Below, piece by piece: positions 48,859-58,005 of a stretch of 64,000 nt of DNA. This DNA is from an uncultured bacterium. Its GTDB lineage: Bacteria > Krumholzibacteriota > Krumholzibacteriia > LZORAL124-64-63. How positions within the stretch are numbered: position 1 is the first letter of the stretch; every line of letters begins with the position of its first letter. Both the position numbers and the translations under genes were made by a program. The stretch lies in assembly GCA_963732385.1 (NCBI GenBank), contig CAVSZB010000008.1, forward strand, positions 128,001 to 192,000, written 5' to 3'. Below the pieces are notes generated by a model. It was not told the origin of the DNA and ran no database searches. It worked only from the letters and a program-made list of their open reading frames with translations.

Positions 48859-51800
48859 TCCGGACGCCCGGTCAGCGCTCCATCGGGCCGCTGCTGGCGC
48901 TCTCCCTGAGCGTGCTGCTTTGTGCTTTTCCTCCCGAGCGGGGGCCGGCGCAGGAGCTCCCGCCGGTCCCGACGGCTGACAGTGCGGCCGTGGATTCGAC
49001 CGGACGCGGCGGAGGGGGCGCCCCGACCCTGCCCGGATTCACCCGCATCCGGTCCCGGGGACCACTTGTCTACCGGGTGCAGGACGGCGAGCCGGTCACG
49101 ATCCTGACCGACAGTGTCCTGGTCGAACGTGACAGCCTGGCCGTTTCCGCCGATTCCGCGTTCTGCTACCGAGCGCTCGAGGTCTACGACTTCCGTGGCA
49201 ACGTGATAGTGGTGAGCGGCGACATGGTGCTCCACTCCCGGCGCTCCGTGCTGCGCCGTCTCGAGGATGCCGCCGACAGCGAGGGCGAGGTCCGGATCGA
49301 GGAGAAGGGGGTCGTCGGCACCGCCACCCGAGGCGAATCGCGCGCGGGGGGTGCGCTGACGCGTCTGATCGGCGAGGCCCGTCTCGTGTCGCCGGAGTAC
49401 ACCGTCTGGGCCGATACGATCGTCCAGTACCGCGACGACGACCGCGGCGAGGCGTTCGGCAACGTGCGGTTGCTCGATCCCGCCTCCCGGACCTTCGTTA
49501 CGGGCGGGCGCGCCGTGTTCCGCCGGCACGAGGGGACCGCGGTGGTGGACCGCGGCCCGTCGCTTACCACGCGCGAGCGCGGCGAAGGCTCCCTCGCGGG
49601 GACCTCCCGCCTGATGCGCTTCCAGCGCGAACCGGACCGCATCGTCATGATCGACTCCGTACGGATCAGGCAGGGGCGTCAGCAGGCTCTCGCCGACACC
49701 GCCGTCGTGCTGGGGCGCGAACGGGTGCTGCTGCGCGGCAACCCGACGCTGCACGACGGCGAGCGCACGACGATGAGCGGTCGCGAGATCGAACTGCTCT
49801 ACCGCGACGAGGCGCTCGATCGTGCCCTGCTGCGCGGCGCGGCGCGGATCGAGGACACCCAGCCCGACAGCCTGGCCCGGCTCTTTCCGGGGCTGCCCGC
49901 GGCGAATGTTCTCGAGGGGGACACCATCACCGTGGAGATCAGCGCGGAGGAGATCCGGCGCACGACGGTCCTCGGTTCGGCGCACAGCCTGTACGTGCCC
50001 GAGGACGTCGCCGACGAGATCGCGTCGAACGATGTCAAGGGTGACACCATTGTGATCGACTTCCGGCGCGGCAGGGTGGACGTCGTCCAGGTGAGCGGCA
50101 GCATGTCCGGGATCTACAGCTTCGTGCGGCGCGAGAATCTCGTTGCGGCGCCAGTTGATTCCGCGGCGGTCGACTCGACGGCGACGACCAGCAGGGTTTC
50201 GACCGCTCCAACCGTTCCGGCCGGTCCGGTCGCGGGGAGCGCCGCCGCCGCTGACACGAACGGCACCCCGGTGGTCGTCCCGCCTGGCGGGGCCGATTTC
50301 GCCCGGCGGCGCGAGACCGTCGTCTACTCGGGGCATGCCGCGGTCTTCCGTCTGGGCGAACGCTCCATCGACGTCACGCGCGACGCCAGTCTCGACTACG
50401 GCACCCTGAAGCTCGACGCGCGGCACGTCCGCTTCGACACCGTGCGGCGGGAGCTGTACGCCGACGGGGACCCGCTGCTGGAGGATGACGCCCAGAAGAT
50501 CGCCGGCGATCAGATGGGCTACAACTTCGGCGTGCGCTCCGGCGCGGTGCGTGACGGCGTCACGACCTACGATGGCAGTTACTACACCGGCCGGGAGATC
50601 AGGCGTTTCGCCGACGGCACGCTCAAGATCCGCTCCGGCCGGATGACCTCGTGCAACCTGGCGCGGCCGCACTACCACTTCTGGGCCGACAAGATGAAGA
50701 TCCGGATGGGCGACAAGGTGGTGGCGTCGCCGATCGTAATGAAGATCGGCGAGGTGCCGGTCTTCGCGCTGCCGGTGTACTTCAAGTCCCTCAGGAGCGG
50801 CCGCCGCTCGGGGATCCTTTTTCCCAATTTCGGTTTCGGCTGGACCTCCCGTGAGGGACGCTTCGTCCGCGACTGGGGCTACTACTGGGCGACCAACGAC
50901 TATCTCGACTTCACCCTGCGCGGCGATTACAACGAGAAGCGCAACCTGGCCATGCGGCTGACGAATCGCTACGTCAAACGCTATACCTATACCGGAGGGT
51001 TCGACTGGTCGCGCAGCAACGGACTCGGCAGCGGCGTCCGAGTTGATGAGTGGCAGTTGCGCTGGAATCACAATCAGGAGTCACTCTTCGATGTCTACAC
51101 CCTGCGCGGAGACGTCCAGCTGGCCAGCCGCACCCTCACGCGCAACGACCTCACCAGCGACGTGAATCGTGACGTGATCAGTGGGCAACTGCACTCCACG
51201 GTTTTCGTCAGTCGCAACTGGCAGAACGCAAGCGGCTCGCTCAACCTGACGCGCGACCAGCAGGTCAACGCCGCCGACGACAATCCGGCGACCGACAACG
51301 TTCTCGCCACGGCCACCCTGCCTCAGATGAACGTCAGCTTCCGCCGTCGCTCCGTCCTGGCGCCGCTGCCGGCCGGAAGCCGGGGATCGTTGGCGGGCGA
51401 TCTGCTGCGCGCCGCCTACTTCAGCCACTCCTACTCCGCGAGCCGGCAGGCCACGTCGCGGGAGCTGACGGATCAGCAGGTCACCTCCGCGAAGGGCAAT
51501 CTGGCCGTCGAATGGCGTCCGCCGCGACTCGGCTTCCTCAACCTGAACTCCGGCGTGACCGCTTCGCAGTCCTGGCAGCGCAACGCGCGGGAAGGCCGCG
51601 CTTTCGCCGGCTGGGACACGCTGCTCGTCGCCCCCGACAGTTCCGTCATCAGCGAGACCTACCGCGACGTCAGGGAAATCGTCGAAAACACGCTGCCGTC
51701 TCTCGGCATCAACACATCGGCCAACACCACCTTCTACGGCCTGTTCCCGGTCCGGCTCGGCGCGCTGCAGGCGATCCGGCACACGCTGGCGCTGTCGGCC

Positions 51801-52778
51801 AGCCACGGTTTCCGGCCGGCGCTGGGCGACAAGCAGACGCGCAGCTCCGTGTTCAGCTTCTCCATGGACAACCGCTTCGATGTGAAGCTGCGCGGCGATG
51901 CCGATACGCAGGCGCGGGTCGAGGCGGGTGGGTCGCATGATTCCCGTTCGGCGGTGGCGGGCGGGGGGGGGAGTCCCGGTCGCGACAAGGGCACGGGGCG
52001 CAAGCTCGATGGCGTGCTCGACTGGCGCCTGTCGGCGAGTTATGACCCGAACGCCAGGTCGGGTCGCGGCTGGTCGTCGTTGAGCAGCGGCATTCTGATC
52101 AAGCCCGGGCAGAGTCGTAACCTCAATTTCCGGCTCGACAACAGCATCGATCCGTACCGGTGGCGCATCACCTCCACCCGCGTCACGTACGGGTTGAACC
52201 TCTCCGGGCGGCTTGATAACGGCGCCCAGGCCGGGCCCGCGCCGGAACGGGTCAACGCGGGCATCGACCGGCTTGGCGCGTCGGCCGACACTGCCGCCGC
52301 GTCGGGCGCCGAGCGTCTGCCCGATTCGCGGCCTGACGACTCCTGGTCGGACGAATTCGCCGGGTTCCCCAGGCCGGGCGGAGAAGGCGCCGGCAAGGAT
52401 CCCACGGAAGGGGGACGCTACGTCCCCTGGAGTCTGAGCACCTCCATCTCCTACAGCAGCACCGCGAGCGCTTATAGTTCGAGCCTCAGCAACAGTTCGG
52501 CGCGCGCGAACGTTTCGCTTTCCGCCAGCCCGACGCGTGGCTGGGATCTGACCTGGTCCGCCTCGTACGATGTCAGGCAGGGGGTGACGCTGCAGAACTG
52601 GGGGCTTGTCCGCGATCTGCACTGCTGGTCCCTGGAATTTTCGCGCATGATCAGTCAGTTCGACACGCAGTTTGGCTTCCGGATCTTCCTGAAATCGATT
52701 CCAGCCATCGAACTGCGACAGGGGGTGGGAGATCTCCAGCGGGCGGCCGGCGTCCTGGGGGGGGGCATGATCCCGTGA
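48855..52778 (+). CDS. lptD: Large LPS-assembly protein: N-terminal OstA/LptA-like repeats fused to an LptD-like protein (1307 aa)
   Basis: Signal peptide; repeated ADS/AFGNV/LRGNP jellyroll-like segments; low-complexity linker; TSC...PHY, RRSGILFP, GYYWA, RDLHCW LptD-like motifs. Confidence 0.82.
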   Translation: MIRTPGQRSIGPLLALSLSVLLCAFPPERGPAQELPPVPTADSAAVDSTGRGGGGAPTLPGFTRIRSRGPLVYRVQDGEPVTILTDSVLVERDSLAVSADSAFCYRALEVYDFRGNVIVVSGDMVLHSRRSVLRRLEDAADSEGEVRIEEKGVVGTATRGESRAGGALTRLIGEARLVSPEYTVWADTIVQYRDDDRGEAFGNVRLLDPASRTFVTGGRAVFRRHEGTAVVDRGPSLTTRERGEGSLAGTSRLMRFQREPDRIVMIDSVRIRQGRQQALADTAVVLGRERVLLRGNPTLHDGERTTMSGREIELLYRDEALDRALLRGAARIEDTQPDSLARLFPGLPAANVLEGDTITVEISAEEIRRTTVLGSAHSLYVPEDVADEIASNDVKGDTIVIDFRRGRVDVVQVSGSMSGIYSFVRRENLVAAPVDSAAVDSTATTSRVSTAPTVPAGPVAGSAAAADTNGTPVVVPPGGADFARRRETVVYSGHAAVFRLGERSIDVTRDASLDYGTLKLDARHVRFDTVRRELYADGDPLLEDDAQKIAGDQMGYNFGVRSGAVRDGVTTYDGSYYTGREIRRFADGTLKIRSGRMTSCNLARPHYHFWADKMKIRMGDKVVASPIVMKIGEVPVFALPVYFKSLRSGRRSGILFPNFGFGWTSREGRFVRDWGYYWATNDYLDFTLRGDYNEKRNLAMRLTNRYVKRYTYTGGFDWSRSNGLGSGVRVDEWQLRWNHNQESLFDVYTLRGDVQLASRTLTRNDLTSDVNRDVISGQLHSTVFVSRNWQNASGSLNLTRDQQVNAADDNPATDNVLATATLPQMNVSFRRRSVLAPLPAGSRGSLAGDLLRAAYFSHSYSASRQATSRELTDQQVTSAKGNLAVEWRPPRLGFLNLNSGVTASQSWQRNAREGRAFAGWDTLLVAPDSSVISETYRDVREIVENTLPSLGINTSANTTFYGLFPVRLGALQAIRHTLALSASHGFRPALGDKQTRSSVFSFSMDNRFDVKLRGDADTQARVEAGGSHDSRSAVAGGGGSPGRDKGTGRKLDGVLDWRLSASYDPNARSGRGWSSLSSGILIKPGQSRNLNFRLDNSIDPYRWRITSTRVTYGLNLSGRLDNGAQAGPAPERVNAGIDRLGASADTAAASGAERLPDSRPDDSWSDEFAGFPRPGGEGAGKDPTEGGRYVPWSLSTSISYSSTASAYSSSLSNSSARANVSLSASPTRGWDLTWSASYDVRQGVTLQNWGLVRDLHCWSLEFSRMISQFDTQFGFRIFLKSIPAIELRQGVGDLQRAAGVLGGGMIP

Positions 52779-52796
52779 TCCGGCAACTGCGCGGGG

Positions 52797-52825
52797 TTGC
52801 TCGCCGGCCGGCGTGCTCTTATAAT
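52797..52825 (+). promoter_or_regulatory. Putative sigma-70 promoter for the selenoprotein gene
   Basis: TTGCTC-N17-TATAAT. Confidence 0.6.
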
Positions 52826-52959
52826 CCCCTCCGTGGGAACTCTGACCTCCCGCGTGCGGTTGAAGCGCGTCGGCGGTCGTTTCCCCGCCGGCGCCGATCG
52901 CCGGGCTGGCTTGCATTGAAGGGATGTTCATCGTGAGCGACGGCGTGAAGGGGTGTGCG

Positions 52960-54321
52960 ATGGACCGGCCCGGGGGCCTGCCTGTGACGCACCTTGCCCT
53001 CGTCCTGCTGGCATTGATCAGTCTTCTCGCGGCTTTCGCCAGCGTCCCCGCGGCCCTGTCGGCTGCGCAGGGAACGCTCGAGCCGATCGTGATTCTCTAT
53101 CACAGCGATGTTGGGGGAAAAGTCGAGCCGTGTGGCTGACACAGCAGCCAGCGTGGCGGGTTGGCCCGGAGGGCCACCCTTCTTGACACCGTTCTGAATG
53201 AGGGCGCCCCGGTGTTGCTGGTCGATGCGGGCGGGCTGTTCGGTACGCGCAACAAGCTGGAGCGCGACCAGACCCGCTTCGTGTGCGAGGTCACGGCCGG
53301 TTTTGGCTACGACGCCATCGGCCTCGGACAGGCCGACCTCAACTACGGCCTCGGTTTTCTGCGCGAGATGATAGAGAAGAACCGGCTGCCTTTCACCAAT
53401 GCGAATGTGCGGGACAAGGCGACGGGCCAGCTTCTGCTGCCGCCCTGGCTGGTCGTGCAGAAGGGTGGCGTCAGGTTCGGCATCGTGTCGGTGCTCGACC
53501 CCGTCGAGCCGTTCATCACCATGACGGCGCAGGACGAGGCCTATCAGGTCGATGATCCTGTGGCGACTCTGCGCACGGTCATTCCGGAGCTGCGCAAGCA
53601 GGCGCAGACGATCGTCCTGCTGAGCCACCTCGATCTGCCCCGCACCGAGAGCCTGCTCAAGGAATTGGCCGGTGTGGACATCGCGGTGGTGGGGCATACG
53701 CACCAGGCCGTGCCGATGCAGCGGATCGTCGGCAAGTCGGTCCTGCTGGCCGCCGGCTTCGAGGGGCGCACCATCGGCCGGCTCAGCGGTCAGTTCGACC
53801 AGGACGGCGTCATGCAGAACTTCCAGGTCAAGCTGATCGAACTCGACGAAAAGATCGCCGACGACGGGGTCATCCTCGAGAAAGTGACCCAGTTCAAGCA
53901 GAAGCTGGAAGAGACCCGCCAGTCCCTGCGCGGACGTCATCAGCAGGTCAAGGGCTCGGCGACGGAGCAGTTCCTGACCCAGAACGAATGCCGCAAGTGC
54001 CATGCCGATATCTATGCGAAGCTGGAGGGGTCGCGCCACAACGCGGCGCTCGCTTCGCTGGCCAGGAAGGGGATGTCGCAGGAGCCCGACTGTCTTGCCT
54101 GCCACACGACCGGCTACGAGTACAAGGGGGGCTACGATGAGAAGCCGCCCGCCAATCGCCTGCTGAACGTGCAGTGCGAAGCTTGTCACGGCTACGGGTC
54201 GCTGCACCGGCGCGACGGTCGCTGGAAAGCCGAGGCGCGCAGTACCTGCGTGGCCTGCCACGATCAGACGAACAGCCCGAAATTCGACTTTGCGACGTAC
54301 TGGGAAAAGATCAGGCACTGA
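52960..54321 (+). CDS. Exported selenoprotein: UshA/5'-nucleotidase-like domain (C-G-U) fused to a tetraheme cytochrome c (about 453 aa; UGA at 53137-53139 read as Sec)
   Basis: Track ORFs 52924-53139 and 53161-54321 share a frame and read YHSDVGGKVEPCG-U-HSSQRGGLARRAT; SECIS-like hairpin downstream; heme motifs CRKCH, CLACH, CEACH, CVACH; start 52960 or 52984. Confidence 0.87.
53158..53179 (+). promoter_or_regulatory. Putative bacterial SECIS element
   Basis: GGG-T(bulge)-TGGCCC-GGA-GGGCCA-CCC hairpin; G-starting apical loop begins 28 nt after the in-frame TGA. Confidence 0.7.
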
Positions 54322-55132
54322 CGCGACGCCGGCCGCTGCCGGTCGGCGCAGCCCCGCGCGGGCGGCCCTGGCGGCCGCCTGCGCTTTTTGGCTCGCCGGC
54401 AGCGCGCCCGCGGCCGCGCTCGACCTCTTTACCCTCTGGCGCCAGCCGGAATTGCCACTGAGTCTCGTGCCGGGGGCATGGGCGGACTATCGTTCTTCCA
54501 CGCTCGAGGGGGGACAGCAGGCGACCGCCGCTGTTCGCATCCAATGCGTGGGCCGCGCGGCCGACGGCGCCTGGGAGATCGAATTGCTGCCTCTGCTCGA
54601 TCGCGCCGTGGGGCGCGTCCCCGAAGCGGGAGAGGGATGGCTGCTGCTGCTCTCCGATCGCGTGGCGCGTCGCGAGGGCGATCTGGCCGATCTGGTCCGC
54701 AAGGTTGTGCACTGGCAGGGCGGGCGGGCGACCGAACTCGCCCCGGCGCAGTGGCGCGAGGATCCGCTTGTCTCTTCGTCGTTGCGGGCCGCCTTCCGTC
54801 CGCAGACCACGCGATCCGCGGGCGAAAGCGTGCGGGTCGTGGGGGGGCGGGACCTGCTCTGCCGCCAGTACGATCTGGCCGCCGCCGAAACAACCCGCGT
54901 GATGCTGCCCCGGGGCACGCTCGTGCAGACGACCCGCCGCGAGATTTCGGCGGCGGTCCATCCCGAGGTGCCGTTCCTCGGGCTGGCGTTCGCCACGGAA
55001 CGAATCACGACCGAATCCCAGGTCGAGCCCCCCCGCGCCGGCCGGCGCGATCCGCCGCCGGCGGTCCGGTTCGAACTGATGGAACTGGTCGCCTTCGGCA
55101 GCGATGCGCGTCGGACGCTGGGGGCGCATTGA
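54290..55132 (+). CDS. Hypothetical exported protein; start uncertain
   Basis: Signal-like RRSPARAALAAACAFWLAGSAPAAA followed by a beta-rich body; fills the gap between neighbouring genes. Confidence 0.65.
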   Translation: MRRTGKRSGTDATPAAAGRRSPARAALAAACAFWLAGSAPAAALDLFTLWRQPELPLSLVPGAWADYRSSTLEGGQQATAAVRIQCVGRAADGAWEIELLPLLDRAVGRVPEAGEGWLLLLSDRVARREGDLADLVRKVVHWQGGRATELAPAQWREDPLVSSSLRAAFRPQTTRSAGESVRVVGGRDLLCRQYDLAAAETTRVMLPRGTLVQTTRREISAAVHPEVPFLGLAFATERITTESQVEPPRAGRRDPPPAVRFELMELVAFGSDARRTLGAH

Positions 55133-55158
55133 CCCTGCACCCTTCCCCGTGGTAGAAT
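55129..55158 (+). promoter_or_regulatory. Putative sigma-70 promoter giving a leaderless mRNA
   Basis: TTGACC-N18-TAGAAT with an extended -10 TG; ATG follows 5 nt later. Confidence 0.55.
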
Positions 55159-55163
55159 TGACC

Positions 55164-56009
55164 ATGTTCGCGCTCCACCGACTCCACAATCTGCGCACTG
55201 CGGCCCATGCAGCTCTGATCGAGGCCGACTGGCCGCTCACCTCGGAGGCGCTGGCCAGCCGGCTTTTCGGGGCTCATCGCCACGAGGACCCGGTGGCCGC
55301 CATCATCGTGCGGCATCTTCTGCAGGGCGATCCCCGCTTCGTCCGCACGCACGCCGGACGCTGGTCCGCGGCGGGGGCCCCGCATCTGCGCGGTGCGCTC
55401 GACGACACCGTGTTCACCGTTGTCGACCTGGAAACCACCGGCAGTGTGCTCGGTGTGGATGAGATCGTCGAGATCGGCGCGCTCACCGTGTGCGGCGGCC
55501 GCATCGTCAGCCGGCTTTCGACTTTGGTGCGGTCGCGTCGGCCGATGCCTCCCTGGGTCCGGCGTCTGACCGGGATCCGTACCGCCGATCTGCGCGATGC
55601 GCCCACCTTCCCCGAAGTGGCTCCCGGGCTGCGCGAGATGCTGGCGGGTGCGGTCTTCGTCGCCCACGACGTGCGCTTCGACCTGCCGTTTTTGCGCTGG
55701 GAATTTTCCCGCCACGGGCTGGAGTTGCCCGAGATGCTCGGTGTATGCACGTTGCAGCTTTCGCGACTGCTCTGGCCCGATCTGCCGAGCCACCGGCTCG
55801 GCGACCTTGCGCGCGATCTCGACGTGCCGCACGGGCAGCCGCATCGGGCAGGCGCCGACGCCGAGGCCACCGCGGGCATCCTGCAGCAGGCGCTCGCCGG
55901 CGCCGCCCAGCACGGCCTGAGCGGATTGGGAGATCTTTTCACGGCTTCGTTCGTCGATGATGACGAGGTGGTCCCCGACGCCGCGATCGCCGCCGAGGCC
56001 GCCGGCTGA
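55164..56009 (+). CDS. DEDDh 3'-5' exonuclease (DnaQ/PolC-exo-like) with an extra N-terminal domain
   Basis: VVDLETTG, IVEIGA, LTGI, FVAHDVRFD, HRAGADA. Confidence 0.9.
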   Translation: MFALHRLHNLRTAAHAALIEADWPLTSEALASRLFGAHRHEDPVAAIIVRHLLQGDPRFVRTHAGRWSAAGAPHLRGALDDTVFTVVDLETTGSVLGVDEIVEIGALTVCGGRIVSRLSTLVRSRRPMPPWVRRLTGIRTADLRDAPTFPEVAPGLREMLAGAVFVAHDVRFDLPFLRWEFSRHGLELPEMLGVCTLQLSRLLWPDLPSHRLGDLARDLDVPHGQPHRAGADAEATAGILQQALAGAAQHGLSGLGDLFTASFVDDDEVVPDAAIAAEAAG

Positions 56010-56033
56010 GCCGAGCCGCGGCAACTGCCTGTC

Positions 56034-56062
56034 TTGACTCCCGCCACGACATGCGATAGGAT
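56034..56062 (+). promoter_or_regulatory. Putative sigma-70 promoter
   Basis: TTGACT-N17-TAGGAT. Confidence 0.6.
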
Positions 56063-56145
56063 GCGGCCCGTTCGCAGCCTTCGTCCGCGCGGCAGAATGG
56101 AAGCGCGGCGGAGGCGGAATGTCGGGCGCTGCCAAGGAGGCGGAT

Positions 56146-56328
56146 ATGGGGCTGACCCCTGTGGAACAGGATGTTCTCGTTCGGGAGAAAAATTTCGTGA
56201 AGTTCGAGCGGTTGCTAGCCAGAGCCGAAGCAGAGGGCCGTATTGACGGGCCGCAGAAGTGCCTGGTCTGCGGGATGCGCTACCTCAATAAGGGGGATGC
56301 GGATTCCTGCTGCAGGATCGCCCCGTGA
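56146..56328 (+). CDS. Small Cys-rich protein (60 aa), putative Zn finger
   Basis: AAGGAGG RBS; CLVCGMRY...ADSCC. Confidence 0.7.
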   Translation: MGLTPVEQDVLVREKNFVKFERLLARAEAEGRIDGPQKCLVCGMRYLNKGDADSCCRIAP

Positions 56329-56362
56329 GGGTGTTGTTTCGCGCGTATTGCCCCGGTTCTCC

Positions 56363-56875
56363 ATGTCCCCCGAGACGCTGATGATCGAACAGTATTGTTC
56401 CGTGTGCAAAGCGGTCCTCGAGATGTCGGTCGTGCAGACGTCTGATGGCGAGGAGGACGGTGTGCTATGGCTGCGCTGCCCGCGCTGCCACGGTTTCCTG
56501 CCGAAGATCAGCGACAATGTCGACCAGCCACACGGCTCCGCCGAATCGCCGCCCGAGATCGGGGAGACACCCGCAGAGCTGCCCGAGCCGATCTTCGGGG
56601 AAGCGATGCCCGCTCCCGACCTGCCGAAGAAGCCGGAGGTCGCCGGGGAAGACCTGTCGCCACCGCCGATGCCCGATTTCGATCCGGAGACGGCGATACC
56701 GTACCGGCCCTGGAACAGCTTCGATGTTGGCGCGGTGATTCGCCACCTCGCCTGGGACGATTATGGGATCGTTATGGCGAAGGAGATCCTGCCCGGCAAT
56801 CGTCACGCCGTGAAGGTGCAGTTCGAAAAGGCTGGCGTGGTCCGTCTCATCGAAGACAGCGGCGATCGGCCGTGA
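56363..56875 (+). CDS. Hypothetical protein: Zn ribbon, Pro/Glu-rich linker, SH3/Tudor-like C-terminus
   Basis: YCSVC...RCPRCH; C-terminal F.VG.VIRH..W..GIV...V.F..GVVRL; start 56363 or 56381. Confidence 0.72.
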   Translation: MSPETLMIEQYCSVCKAVLEMSVVQTSDGEEDGVLWLRCPRCHGFLPKISDNVDQPHGSAESPPEIGETPAELPEPIFGEAMPAPDLPKKPEVAGEDLSPPPMPDFDPETAIPYRPWNSFDVGAVIRHLAWDDYGIVMAKEILPGNRHAVKVQFEKAGVVRLIEDSGDRP

Positions 56876-57765
56876 TCTGCCGGCCGGACGGTGGCCGGAG
56901 GCGGTTCTTGCCCGCCCTCTGCCTGTTCTCAGTCATCCTTGGTGCCGCGGCGATCAGCAGAGCGCAACTGCCTCCGCGCGAACCTCTGCCCTGGGATATT
57001 CTCGCTCCGCCCTCCGGACGGCAGGCCCTGGTGCTGGATGCCGCGCGATTCACCGACCCGCATGTCGGTTGGCGCGCGCAGCGGCTGGGGTTCACCGCGT
57101 TCTGGCCACGTGGTCCCGCCGGGTGCCTCTTCCTGCGCACGGCCTGGTACGCTCTCGACACCGGCGAGGCTTCCGTTACGACGCGCTGGCCGCATCTGGC
57201 AGTTCCCGGCGATGGGACCGCGCCGGGCGGCGACACGGCAGTCGGCTGGGGCAGCCCGGAGGTGGGCTGGCTCTCCTCACTGCGGTTGGACAGCCACGGC
57301 GCCTGGCAGTACGCCTTCGCCGCGGCGCTGCCTCTCGGTCGGGACGAGCTATATCCGTTCGCCTCCACCAGCCTGCCCTTCCGCTTCCAACTGCGCAGGA
57401 CGGTGCGTCTGGGCGGGCGGCTGGAGGCCGGCGCACTCGCCGGACTGGTGTTCGTGCTCGATTCGGGGCGCGACCGGCTGCTGCCGGCGGCTTACCCGGG
57501 TGGGACGTCTGCCGCGCTGGATCTGGTCTGGCGCCAGTCGCAACGGCACGCGCTGACGATCACTCTTGCCGCGGAGTCGGGCGGTGGGGCGCTGGTCCTC
57601 CAGCCGTCGCTCGCCTGGCGTATACCGGCGGGAGGGTGGCGGGAATTGACCCTCGGCCTGCGGCGGGATCTCGCCGCCGCCGCCGACCGCTCCTACACCA
57701 CACAGGCGTGGCTCTCCTGGACGATTCGCCCGGCTCCGGCCGCTCCCCCCGCCGTCGCAAAATGA
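56872..57765 (+). CDS. Hypothetical exported, beta-rich protein
   Basis: GTGA overlap with the upstream stop; signal peptide RRRFLPALCLFSVILGAAAISRA; alternating beta-strand pattern. Confidence 0.6.
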   Translation: MICRPDGGRRRFLPALCLFSVILGAAAISRAQLPPREPLPWDILAPPSGRQALVLDAARFTDPHVGWRAQRLGFTAFWPRGPAGCLFLRTAWYALDTGEASVTTRWPHLAVPGDGTAPGGDTAVGWGSPEVGWLSSLRLDSHGAWQYAFAAALPLGRDELYPFASTSLPFRFQLRRTVRLGGRLEAGALAGLVFVLDSGRDRLLPAAYPGGTSAALDLVWRQSQRHALTITLAAESGGGALVLQPSLAWRIPAGGWRELTLGLRRDLAAAADRSYTTQAWLSWTIRPAPAAPPAVAK

Positions 57766-57830
57766 ACTGTCGGTGAGCCCGGCCCGGTCCGGACGCTGCC
57801 CGTCGCATCCCGGGTCGCAGGGCCGCGGCA

Positions 57831-57862
57831 TTCCCTTCCGTTCCCTGCCGTTTCCCGCGCCG
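57831..57862 (+). repeat. Three tandem 10-11-bp imperfect direct repeats, candidate enhancer
   Basis: ttcccttccg / ttccctgccg / tttcccgcgccg, about 60-90 bp upstream of a sigma-54 motif. Confidence 0.4.
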
Positions 57863-57919
57863 TGCCGAGGCGGCGGATCGCTTCGCGGCCGCAGGCCGGC
57901 GCACGCCGCGTCCGCGCCG

Positions 57920-57934
57920 TGGCATGCGCCTTGC
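57920..57934 (+). promoter_or_regulatory. Putative sigma-54 -24/-12 promoter
   Basis: TGGCATGCGCCTTGC (TGGCA...TTGC, GG-N10-GC), 71 nt upstream of the 58006 start. Confidence 0.65.
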
Positions 57935-58005
57935 CGATTCGGCCGCGACAACCGCTGTGATCGCGCATCTTCGAGCCTGGCATCGTTGCGGAAGGACCCT
58001 CCGCT

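Noticed and set aside
30799..52765. G9 tracts at 30799-30807, 51963-51971 and 52757-52765 as phase-variation sites
   Set aside because: All are in frame, and a few such runs are expected by chance at this GC content.
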